Positions 14,850-27,240 of a stretch of 64,000 bases of DNA are shown here, one piece after another. Below the pieces are notes generated by a model. It had not been told where the DNA came from and did no database searches. It was given only the letters and a program-made list of their open reading frames with translations. The first letter of the stretch is position 1; the number at the start of each line of letters is the position of its first letter. Source of the stretch: Chrysomallon squamiferum (Eukaryota; Animalia; Mollusca); contig CM022674.1 in NCBI GenBank assembly GCA_012295275.1, forward strand, positions 9,114,001 through 9,178,000, in the 5' to 3' direction. The translations under genes were made by a program, and so were the position numbers.

Positions 14850-15965
14850 CATGTAACAAATATAATATGATGTATGTAGAATGCTGACTATAAAATAATA
14901 AATATAATGTGATGTATGTATAAAACAAGAAATATAATGTGATGAATGGAAGATTCTGACTATAAAATAATAAATATAATATGATGCATGTAGGATGCTG
15001 ACTATAGAATAATAAATATAATGTGATGTATGCAGAACACTGACTATAAAATAAATGCAATGTGATGTATGCAGAGCTCTGACTATAAAATAATACATTT
15101 AATGTGATGCATGTAGGATGCTGACTATAGAATAATAAATTTAATGTGATGTATGCAGAACACTGACTATAAAATAATAAATTTAATGTGATGTATGCAG
15201 AACACTGACTATAAAATAAATGCAATGTGATGTATGCAGAACACTGACTATAAAATAATACATTTAATGTGATGCATGTAGGATGCTTACTATAGAATAA
15301 TAAATTTAATGTGATGTATGCAGAACACTGACTATAAAATAATAAATTTAATGTGATGTATGCAGAACACTAACTATAAAATAAATGCAATGTGATGTAT
15401 GCAGAACACTGACTATAAAATAATAAATTTAATGTGATGTATGTAGGATGCTGACTACAAAATAATAAATTTAATTAATATGATGCATGTAGGATGCTGA
15501 CTACAGAATAATAAATATAATGTGATGTATGCAGAACACTGACTATAAAATAATATATTTAATGTGGTATGTAGGATGCCATCTATAAAATAATAAATGA
15601 AATATAATGTATGCAGAACACTAACTATAAAATAAATGCAATGTGAGGTATGCAGAGCTCTGACTATAAAATAATACATTTAATGTGATGCATGTAGGAT
15701 GCTTACTATAGAATAATAAATTTAATGTGATGTATGCAGAACACTGACTATAAAATAATAAATTTAATGTGATGTATGCAGAACACTGACTATAAAATAA
15801 TAAATTTAATGTGATGTATGTAGGATGCTGACTACAAAATAATAAATTTAATGTGATGCATGTAGGATGCTTACTATAAAATAATAAATGCAATGTGATG
15901 TATGCAGAGCTCTGACTATAAAATAATAAATTTAATGTGATGTATGCTGACTATAAAATAAGAAA
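14850..15965. repeat. Minisatellite, 42/39-bp unit (AATAATAAATTTAATGTGATGTATGCAGAACACTGACTATAA and variants), ~27 copies
   Basis: Directly visible tandem repeat. It produces the repetitive ORFs such as LLFYSQCSAYITLN. Confidence 0.95.
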
Positions 15966-16478
15966 TGTTTGTGTTTTATGTACTATGTAGGATATTGATT
16001 ATTTTAAAAAAATATGTATATAATAAATATATGATGTATTGTATTTTTTTATTATTTGGTATTACAATCTTATACATACATACATATACAATGAGAATAT
16101 TAAAAATATAATACTAATGTTATTCAAGCAATCGTAATTTTAAATCAAAATATTTAACTTTTTTCATTTAAAAGATTAAGTAATTTTACTGTATTAATAT
16201 TGTTTTCATAAAAATAAAAAAATGTACAAGTTCATTTAGCAATTTTTCTTTTAATTTTATAATCATCACGAGACAAAGAAATAAAAATATAAAATACAAA
16301 AATCTGCCTTTTCTTCAATTCATTTCTATTTCTGCATTGTGACCTCCATCTGCATGCACACACCCTGATCACAAAACATGTAAAAGAACAGCTGCCTGTG
16401 GCATTAACCAAACGCTAAGATATTCCACTTCTTTCTGCCAGAAATCATCAGAGTAAAAAACAGAGAAATTTCACTTAC

Positions 16479-16524
16479 CTGGAGTGGCATTGGGGCCAGG
16501 ACTATTCATCTCATGTGTGGGAGC
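16479..16524 (-). CDS. 46-nt internal coding exon (APTHEMNSPGPNATP + G, phase 0 to phase 1) of the same gene
   Basis: Strong acceptor (TTTTATTTCATTTTGAATTTCTTTTGCAG|) and perfect donor (CAG|GTAAGTGA). The exon body is GC-rich against AT-rich flanks. Only the phase-0 frame is open (the other two contain TGA), consistent with joining to the 52826 exon. Confidence 0.8.
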
Positions 16525-18940
16525 CTGCAAAAGAAATTCAAAATGAAATAAAACATTTTTTTCACAGTCAACATCAGAAAGATAAAAAACATGAATGTAA
16601 AAAATGAGCACACCCACAAATGAATGGTCTGTCCCAATTCGAGCCCTGGTGCATTCATTGATTACACCATACTGCAAATGCTGCTATGTTGAAAAAGTCG
16701 CAATGACATGCCTTTGTGCTGCATTCTGCCTAGTGATAAAAAAGCTACATTACCCAACTTATTTTTATGTCTGTTTTTTCACTGGGTATGTGGTATCAAA
16801 CCATATGTGAAGAAGAAAGGAAAATAATAATGGACTACATACGACAATAAGAAATTATTACTAATATTATTCAATACACTCATCAGATATAAGTAATAGT
16901 AAGTGCAGTTTAATTAACTCAGCAGTGCTAACAAATACATGGCAAATTCTTTTTCTAGTTCTAACTAGAATTCTACACTTATAAAGGTTCATGTTAATAG
17001 TGACAGAATATTTTTTACAAATATTTTATAAAACTGAACAAAAATGTTTTCTTTTTTAATTTTACTGCTACAGATATCAAATTATTGATAGGATTCCTTT
17101 ACTCTGCATGAAAAATAAATGACATTTCATGACATAATAGTGGTTGGAATGGACAATACTGTATCATGTTCAGATAAAGATTGAAAGTTAATTCTCTATC
17201 CTGCATTTCATGGACTTCATCTTGCCATGTGTGAAATACATGTATAAAATATCACTTGACAAAAACAATTTCCTTTTCATCAATATTTAACCATATCATC
17301 GTCATTTGTTTTTTAAACATGCAAAAAACACATTAAGACTAAAACAGAATAAAGAAAAGAACAATTTCTTGAATAGAAATCAACATAATAGCATATTTTT
17401 TTATTATTATTATTATTTCTGCCACTGAAAACAGCTGACTACATAAGTAATTATTCCTTCAAGGGAGTTAATTAATGTGTAACGGAATATCATAGCTCCA
17501 TACTTACAGTGATCCTCATGCTGTGATTTACACACTGAGTGATCTGCCACTGCCTCAGTGTACATGCACTCATTCAATGAGCAGTCACTAAGAACACTTG
17601 AAATTTGCACCTTTTACTTTGTGACAAGGACATACACATTTATTTATTTCATGCTTTGTTGTTGTTTTCAGTGGAAAGTAGTACAAGCACACTGATAACA
17701 TATATGTTTATATGTAACACTAGGTATACCAAGTTAAATCAAGGTAATAACACATATTAGCTCAAGACAGGATTGGATCTGATAAGACATATTTATTATT
17801 GCTTGAACAGATTAAAGTTTCTTTTTTTTTTTCTTTTTCTTTTTTTGTACGATGGGCTAGTGAAATTGTTTTAAAATTTTTACATTTTCTGTTTTTTTTA
17901 AAATCAAATACATAAAAGAACCTACAAATAAACTGCAATGGTCTTATATTCTTAATTCCTGTTTTATAAAGAATACATTCAAGTTGCTGACTGTTGTTCA
18001 GTTTCTTGGTTTCTATCAGTAATAAGTTAATAGGTTATCAAAGACAATTTTAAAATCATTACTCCTAGAAAAAGGAACAAAATCTTGTACATAATCTTCA
18101 CATGTAAATATTTTCCCATTACATAGGAAACTGTACATAAAGATGCTAGCTATTTGTGCTAACAGCAGCAAGGTTCCTCTCTTTTATCATCATTATACAA
18201 AAAATATTCAACTGATATTTTGCAACTATTAATATTAACAAGTATTGATCATTATTTCATACAGCTGCATCATAAGAGAAAAAAACCCAACAACATATAC
18301 AATATTTAAATTGTAAAGAAAAACAAAGAAAAAAAAATTAAATATATTTAACAAGACAACATTTAAAAGTTTTTAAAAAATTCAAATAATAAAAATTAAA
18401 AAATAATAAGAAAATGAAGTGAGGATAAAGTTAAAATGAAGAAAGAAAAACTAAAAATAAAAATAAATAAATAATGAATAAATTAAAATAAATTATATTA
18501 CAAAAAGAGATGGCAGATTCAGGGTTATGTATTTTCCCATTCCAGTTAGTTCCCTATGACTAGTGAATTTTGTGTAATTTAATGTTTTCCATGTGTAAAG
18601 AAAACGTATTTTGGGTTTTATTTTGAAACAGTTCTAAAAAGAAAATGCATACCGCTGTTACCAATGTGAATAATTCAAGGACAGCTGTAAAAAAAAACGA
18701 CAGTCTGTGTAAAGGGTTTCTACATCAATGAGCACATAATAAAAGTATTTTTAACAGCATTCATAGTTAACTATGTATGTTTTGCTATCTATGTACATTG
18801 ACTAAAATAAGTTCAGTGACTTTCAGGTTTTGTTAACTCTTCTATGAAAAAGTACTATATATTGGTATGTTCTTGACCTGTTGTAAGGGTAAACCTGGGT
18901 AACTTTTAAAATCACAGAACATGAACATCTGTCAAGGATA

Positions 18941-18953
18941 TGACCTTTGACCT
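18941..18953 (-). promoter_or_regulatory. Perfect nuclear-receptor DR1 element (AGGTCA-A-AGGTCA)
   Basis: TGACCTTTGACCT on the + strand. Function is not shown. Confidence 0.35.
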
Positions 18954-19018
18954 CACCAGGGATCTGTCCAAGACCCAGCTGTTGTTCTTTCAAATTTTAT
19001 TTATTTATAAATTTATTC

Positions 19019-19051
<33 letters not shown>

Positions 19052-21717
19052 TTGACCATTAATATTATTTTTTAATGTAATTTTTTAAAATTAATTGTTT
19101 TTCTTTTGCATCTCTATGTTGCATTTATTTCTATTTTATTTTTTATTTTATTGTTGTTGTTTATTTGGGAGAGATTTTCCATTACTGTTGTTGTTGTTTT
19201 TTACCTTAACAGACATCATAAAACTAAATAATAAAATGAGAAACATTCACAAAATAGTATATGTAGGTACAGTAAATGTCTTTGGTAGTTGTATGAAAAG
19301 ACAAAATAGAATCTTCATATTAAAACTGCTATCAAAAATTTTTTAAAGTATTTATTCTTTATATTATTATTTTTTTAAATCTCATTAGCACCTTCCCATC
19401 TATACATTGAAAAAGAAAACCATAGATATCTAGCTCATATCATTTCAGATAACAGAAAAATGTCACCTGTATGGTAATTTACAAAAAATGTATCTGTACA
19501 TATAAAAGTAATGAATAAAAGACAGTTCATGAAATAAATGCAGGTCAGAAACAGAATCTGCTAAATCAATAGTTACAAATCTGAGTATAGTGTTTTAATG
19601 TTACAAACTAATGGACAGTGCTAAACAAATACAAATATGAACTGTTAAAAATACTTAGTTAATGCTAAATAAATGCATGTAGTTACAAAATAGATGTTAA
19701 TGTTAAATAAATATATTATGAACAGTTATAAAACAGTTAATAATATAAATACAACTTAGTAATAAAATTAGAAACATTAAACAAATAATAAATAGTATGA
19801 ATATATTAAATGAATATATGAATATAAAGAAAGAGAAGATAATCAGAGATATATAAATGACTTTAGAAAAGTATTTTTAAAAAAAGGATACATGATAAAA
19901 ATAGATATACCAGCAGACTCATGAAGTATTTTCAAATGATATGATTCTGACAGAGAAATAAATGGATTAAAGTTAATACAGATGTCATTTAACAAATCTA
20001 CCACCTCTAGAATGATGTATCAGGCTGTCAATCTCTCTGTTACATATTAAATTATATTTCGCACATGTCAGTGTATATAACAGATGTATCTGAATGCCAG
20101 TTAAAATATATACAATATTTAAAATTAAAAATCAACAGCTGACACTGAAACTAAGTTAGAATGTCAACTTATTTTATTGAAATACAATTTTTAAATACAG
20201 TGATGTGAAAAATTGACAGGTTTCAAGTGAAAAAGTTAAAATTTCTAATTTTATATTTTGATAGGCTTTTTTTCTTCTTTTTTTAAATATGTAAATCAAT
20301 AAACAGAGTGATGCTATTTTTATTTCTCTTTCATTCTTTCTATCCACGATCACTCTCGGTCCTCCAAGCTCTACCCTCTCTCTCTCTCTCTTTCTCTCAC
20401 ACACACACACATACACACTAGTAATAATTAGTTTCGTGTGAAAATATTGTTTTACTTATATAAAGTAATTGAAATTGTGTGTGTGATTTTTATATGGAAC
20501 AATAATTCAGATTTTAAAACCCCCAACATTAAATGACATAAAAATTTTAAAACAACATTTAAATTATATTATTGCCTGAAGTAAATTATCTCTGTTCATC
20601 TTAAACGTAATTGTTAGACAATGTATGAGGAAAGAAAATGGAGATAAAACAAAAATAACAAATGAATAAATATTAAATGTAAGTTTGAAATAATTATTCA
20701 CATTTCTCAAACAGATTTATTATTATTATTTTAAATTAAAACTAAAGATTAACATATTCTGCTGTGAGAACAAAAATGTAAATCATAATTTATATTATTT
20801 CAGCTACAAAGTTTTACTGTTAGTTAAAGATTTATATACATAAATGAATACCTATAAATGTGTACAAATAATGCACATTTTATTTATGGATGTGTCTTTT
20901 TAGGATCTTAATATTTTTACTTGTTGAATGCTTGTAAATAAAAATATTCACACTAACAATAGGTGAATTTTCTACTTCAACTGATAATTTTTTCTCCATT
21001 GACATGAATGTAACAGCTGATTAATGAGCCAGTTAATCCAGTGATTTATCTTTTATAATCTTTTCTTTTTTTCTTCTTTTTTTTCTCTAATGACCTTGAT
21101 AAACCTGATTATCTTTGTAAAGGTCTGTTATTCATAGCACTGTACACTATGGAATACATCTTCACTGATGTGTTGTGGCTGTGAGAATATGGATTACATT
21201 TTTAGATGCTCAGTAATTTAAATAAATTTGGTTAATATGGAGAACTGTTAAAAAAAGGTACAGTATTAGTGTGTGACACAGTTAGTATTTAGAAAACAAA
21301 GTAGAAATAACAGAGATTTAATATTTCATTATGGCTATTTATCTTAAAAAGGAAGTTCTATAATATAACATAAATAAACTAAGTCATAGATTCTGTTTTA
21401 AATAAAGAGGAAGTTATATATTATATTTTAATTTTTTTAAATTGATGAGCTGATATAATTATGGTAAAAATTCTATAAATGGAAACATATAAATAAATCT
21501 CTCATTACATTTGATATATAGAAAATAACATGCACACGACCCTGAAACAAAATAAATAAACTGAAAATAAAATAAAACAAAATAACTGGATATATAAATG
21601 ATATACTAAGGAAGGACATGTTTAAACAGTTTAATTAAAAGTAATTAAAGTTTGTAATATAATTTTTAAAAGTAACTTATAATTTATTAGTGATCATATA
21701 ATGTTTTAATATAATTT

Positions 21718-21754
<37 letters not shown>

Positions 21755-22256
21755 TCAAAAATTAAAACTGAAAGCAAATTATTCTTTTCTATTACTAAAC
21801 AAATAAATGTATTTTTATTTTACAAATTGTTATTTTTTCAAAAATGATGTTAAACTTATTTAATGTTAAAAGGAAAAATAGAGATGTAAAAAAAAAATGT
21901 ACATTTTAAAATTTAAATCAGTAAATATAAGAAGCTAAACTAGCATGCATGTCATAAACGAGGTAAAAGAAAAGTATAAAAAAGTTAAATATCTACTTTT
22001 TATATCTACTGAACAATGAAGAGTATACCAATGACATTAGTACACCATCTGATACCACACCTCAAACTGTTATTACTTTTTTAGTTTATTTATTATTATT
22101 ATTATTCCTTTTTTATTCCTTTTCTTTACTTTCTTTTTTAACCACTTTAAAATATAAAAAGTTTCTTTTTTCATAAACCTGAATACTCTATAGTTCATAC
22201 TTTTTCAATAGGATCAAAATTTACAATAAAAAGATAACATTGTTGTAACACAAAGT

Positions 22257-22280
22257 ACTTACCTACAACAAAAAAAAAAA
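22257..22280 (-). other. Recursive-splice-site-like motif T11-GTTGTAG|GTAAGT (junction 22263/22262)
   Basis: A 3' splice site directly abutting a perfect 5' splice site on the gene strand, inside the long intron. Confidence 0.4.
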
Positions 22281-22420
22281 CTGCCTATACCTTACAATGT
22301 TTTTTCAGTGTGGGTTCAGTCCATGAACTGTGGCTATTCTGACGCCAGTTAAAAAAATAAATATGTCCCATTTCAATGTTCACTGATGCATATAAACCGA
22401 CAACACACAGACACTGTCTC

Positions 22421-22435
22421 GGGTCATAATGACCT
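22421..22435. promoter_or_regulatory. ERE-type IR3 palindrome GGGTCA-TAA-TGACCT
   Basis: Matches GGTCAnnnTGACC exactly and lies in a GC-richer island. Function is not shown. Confidence 0.35.
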
Positions 22436-22828
22436 CAAACTAAAATTAGACCAGGTGAGGAAAGGGTCGTGTTCAAACAGTGGCAAACCTTTGTTTCAAA
22501 GCTCTTGCTGAGTAAATGTGATATTATATATATAAACTGGATCAGCCAAAGAGCATATTATTATGTAGTCAGAACTTCCTCCTGTGTTAATTCTTTATCA
22601 TATATTAATCCATAAGATACACATTACAACTACTCCTGCAATGTCGGTGCATTTGTACCCATCTCTAATTGTCTTATCAACATTAGATATAAAAAAAATA
22701 AACAAGTGCCACTTATTGCACTTATAAAGATATGTGTGAGAGTACCTGCCTGCATGCCATCTGTGTAACACACTTTTAGTGAAAAACCATAAATTTCAAC
22801 ATATACAGTATGTGAATTAACTAGATAC

Positions 22829-22832
<4 letters not shown>

Positions 22833-22885
<53 letters not shown>
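22833..22885. repeat. (AG)n microsatellite
   Basis: Directly visible. Confidence 0.95.
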
Positions 22886-22887
<2 letters not shown>

Positions 22888-23493
22888 TAAATACACACAA
22901 AGACATACTCATACAAATTTACATATTTTTTATAAATTGAAGAATCTACCATTTTTCTTTTAGGAAAGAATAAAATAATGATAATTTAAAAGATGTGAAA
23001 AAAAAAAAGAATCTTGTTTCTGTATTTTTTAATGTTCTTTTATTAAATATATATTCAGTTTCTAAACATCAGTGTTAATATCAGATACTTTACAAGTTAA
23101 AAATCGCAATCATTAGTCACTTCACAGTCAAAAACTATTTTTTTTTACAGAAATGCAAATAATCAGGATAACTGTAGCACAAAATAAGAAGTTAATGAAA
23201 TAAATTAAGAACTATTTTACATTGTATATATATGATATTTTTGCAAGTTATAATCACATTTTCTATCAAATAATAGTATAAGTGTTATATTAGTCAAATT
23301 ATAAACATAATATTTTTAAAACAATTTTAAAGTAATAATCCATTAAAATAACAATAATAATAATAGTAAAAGCAATTGAAAAAAATATCAAAATAGTTAA
23401 AGATCACAAATTAGTTTTATAAAATTATAAAATTAATAATCATAATAATTCATAAAAATTGGGGATAGTTTTATTTATTTATTTATTAAACAA

Positions 23494-23498
<5 letters not shown>

Positions 23499-23567
<69 letters not shown>

Positions 23568-23568
23568 C

Positions 23569-23597
<29 letters not shown>
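23499..23597. repeat. Compound (TA)n(TAGA)n(TA)n microsatellite
   Basis: Directly visible. Confidence 0.95.
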
Positions 23598-23600
<3 letters not shown>

Positions 23601-24789
23601 TAAAGATGTACCTGTGACAGGAATAACACAAGTTATGACACACAGAAGGCCATTTCCCAGTAACCGGAGATTGACCTATATGCACAACACTGCACATTCA
23701 CTGCGCTGCAAAAATATCCCGACTGTGGTGCAGGCTAAGAAAAAAACACTGAGTCATATACATTCCACTACCAGTACAGGCCTCCTCTCACTAACAAAAA
23801 CATGTTTTAACTTTATATTTTGAAGGGGAAAATAAAAAAAATAATAATAAAAAAAATGATAATACTAATTTGTCCCAGTTACATACCTGATAGTGTCATT
23901 AGTAGCCTACTGAAGCATAAAAAATTATATTCTCTATATACGTAATGTTGCCAACAAAATGCAAGTCTGGCCACCAATTTTTTTTTTGATGGCTGTTACA
24001 TCACAGAGCTGACACCCCTACACAGTTATTAGACTCATCTAGTTACTATACAGACTATGGCTGTTTAGGCCCAGTTGCACAAACTTATTTTGCGAGGTTT
24101 TGTAGATCTGAAAGGAAATGCTATTGTTTTATAGAACATGAACAGTTATAATAAGCTAGTGAACAAACCCCCCCCCCTAAAAACCCCAGCAAACAACAAA
24201 AAAAATCCCCCAAAAGCCAGCAAACAAAAAAAACAACAACAATCATTTCTAATTTTTTCTATATATATATATATTACATCACTTAACTACTTCTATACTT
24301 TATAAGTAACCTAACCATTCAACATATTGCAGTCTTCAAGCTACTATTATATATAAAAATAATTTAATAAATACATAATAATAAAATAATAATAATAATA
24401 GTCATCAAATGATGATAATCACATCTCCACACTTTTGAAATTATCATATAAACAATATTTTAAAGATTGTCTCAAATCAGTAACATAAAAAAAAAAACCC
24501 AGCCCCCCCCCAAACATTATATATATACATATATGTACAGAAAGTCCTCAAGTTACGTTAGAGATCCATTTCTATGGACCAACAAAATGTGATTTTTGAT
24601 GCAAGTTGGAATTATCATAGCCAAAATCACTTACCTAACCTAAAATCATACATTTATATCAAGAGAACAATCCCTAAAATGAGAGATGAAATTATACATT
24701 CTGAAGATTAAAAAAAAAAAGTTATAATAATTCTTTACTTTTATTCTGTGATTGGCTTGCAAATTGGAAGGGGTGTTGTAGAGACTGAC

Positions 24790-24939
24790 TTAATGAAAGG
24801 AGCAGGAGGAGGCTGGAGAGGCAACATGAGAATTTATAGAAGGTGCTGGAGACAGTGGAGCAGGAGAATCAGGAGAGGCTTCAGAAGGTGCAGGAGATGT
24901 TTGAATTCTATATCTTGCTGATTCAGGTCGAAATTTATC
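24790..24939 (-). pseudogene. Pro/Ser-rich coding-like relic (DKFRPESARYRIQTSPAPSEASPDSPAPLSPAPSINSHVASPASSCSFH*), possibly from a transposon or gene fragment
   Basis: Stop-to-stop frame of 50 codons without ATG, with clear triplet periodicity. The Pro-rich character continues in a shifted frame (PPPAPFIKSVSTTPLPICKPITE*). Confidence 0.3.
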
Positions 24940-27109
24940 TTATAAATTATTTATAGGATTACTGTCTTAAAGTTGAAATGGCTTATGTCAAGGACAATGT
25001 AGGTTGAGGATAAATATCCAAAAATTTACTTCTTTAAAAGTAAGGAAAATGGACAGATTTATTTTCTTCAGAGATGGATGGATAGATAAATGAAAGAAAG
25101 TATAGATTTATAAAAAGTTGTACTAGCATTAACCCACTAATAACAAATTCATGGCTAAATTGATGTTTTCATTATCTAAGAAAGATGGGCGCATGTATGA
25201 ATGAATGGAATGGCCAAATAAATAAATAAAGAAAACTGAACAAAAAATGATTTTTAAAATATAAATTAAATATTAAAACATTGTATACTGGTATATTATT
25301 TCTTCACGTTTTTCTTTTTTATATTTTATTAATTCTTTAAAAAAAAAAAAATAATAATAATAAAAGTCCATCTTCTTTTTATTATTATTATTTTAAAGGC
25401 AATTATTGCAAAATTTGTTTTTAAAATAAATGATGCATAAAAATAAGAAAAAAAGAAAGAAGAAAAAAAAACCCCATGAAATATGAATGACATGCAGTAT
25501 GAAAAAAAAGCTTTAAAAAGTAAGCCACAAGAGGCAGGCTACAATATGAACAAAAGATGGGGTCATAGAAGGGACACAGGGTTGTAAAAGATATATAAGA
25601 AAAAAAAAAAGCATATTTATGCGACTGGGCCTGCACTGAGACTAGACTGTATTGAATAACTCCATGCAGTGACCCAGTCTGGTTAGCTAACCCACATGCA
25701 AGATCCAGTCTAAACAATGACCTGGTATGAACCCTCAAGTTTATCAAACCAAGACCAGGTCAATGAAGCATTGCAGCAGCAGAGGCAACATTGGGGACAA
25801 CATCATGGTGATCAGTGCAATAAAACACAGACACCCTTCCTAAGTTGGTGGGATAAACTTGCACAAAGGAATTTCTTTGTGTGGAAACATGCCTCAATAT
25901 ACTGATGTCATTGTGGTCGCAAATGGTGGCATTACCAAAAAGATTACCTGGCGACAAAGCAGCACACTCTTTACTGACAGATGAATCCTAGAAGTAGCAT
26001 AGTGAAAAACTAATAATTTGTTTATATCTCGAGAAATAATGTGGTGTTTTTTAGAATGGAAGGATGAGGTGAAGATGGTAGTCTTATATTTACACTATAA
26101 TTTCTTACAAAACCTACAGGTTTACATACACACACACACACAAACATATTCTCTGTTCATGTCACATTCACATTGGTAGTTTTCATTCAGCACACACATG
26201 GGTTGAAAAACTGACTTCTTTTTCTGCCTTATAATTTGTTTAAAAATTTAAATTAAAATTTCTGATCACTGGCAGAGAGCAATCACAAATACATACTTAC
26301 CTTCCCATTGGTATTTATGTCGTCTTGTAAAATGACTTGATAAACAGATTTTTATGTGAAATTCATTCTGCTTCAATGTTATCAATATTACTTTAGTGTT
26401 CATAGTTATCTCATAGTTATTAACTTTTTTTTTTAATTACTTAAATAACTATTTAAAAAATAACTATTTTAACTTCTGTTCTACATTTTTTTCTATCACT
26501 GATATATAGCATAAAATTAATATAAATGTTTATAATGTGTGATTTTATTAAACATTCTTTGAATTATTCAAACTTGATATAGATCTAAAAAATGTAGGAC
26601 AGAAAAAAAACAACTTTTGTCATTCCAAATAATTTTAATACAGCAAGATATGTTTATTCCATTCTGATGAAATCAGTTTAAATATAGTTGATAAGACATT
26701 CTTGACTGGAGATATCTGCTTGTTAAAGTGTTTTGTCAGTTTTAGGTTAGGACCAAAACTTGAACAGAAACTTATACAAATAATTCTGGGCGAATCTACA
26801 TTTACATTTCTAAATAACAAAGCAGAAAATGAAATAAAAATTATAAACAAGTAAAAACCTTTATCTAATAAACCACCCCTCCAAAAAAAACCCACCCATA
26901 TTGATCAGATGAATTATTGCTATTATTATTCTTAAAACTTAAGATTATTAGTAAATATTAAAAACGAAGTAATAAATATAATATACATCTATAACACATT
27001 TATATCTCAGTGAAAGAAAAAAAAATATTTTCAAAAAAGTGAAAACCATATACAATATTTTTGCCTTTCTTTTATTTTTTTTTAAAGAGTATAAAAAGAC
27101 TTCAAAGAC

Positions 27110-27240
27110 GACAATAAAAAATGTAATTTCAACAGCCAAGTTTGTCTAAATTTAGAACTAATTTGTTATTTTAATATAGTTTCTATCTATTATGATAAAC
27201 AATTGACAGCAGTGTAACAGTTAAAAACTCACTGAACCAT
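27110..27240 (+). repeat. Copy 1 of a ~130-bp dispersed direct repeat
   Basis: Shares CTAAATTTAGAACTAATTTGTTATTTTAATAT, ATGATAAACAATTGAC and ACAGTTAAAAA.TCACTGAACCAT with 29452-29591. Confidence 0.85.

Noticed and set aside
14737-15893. Longest ORFs (162, 108, 90 and 74 aa)
   Set aside because: They are translations of a 42/39-bp minisatellite whose units are multiples of three, with no splice signals.
23880-23925. Possible 20/23-nt minus-strand exon ending CAG|GTATGT
   Set aside because: It shifts the frame or begins with a stop, the sites are moderate, and I cannot distinguish it from chance.
25421-25957. Three overlapping ORFs in a GC-richer patch
   Set aside because: No coherent acceptor/donor pair in the host frame and no recognisable protein. 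Treated as a non-coding island.
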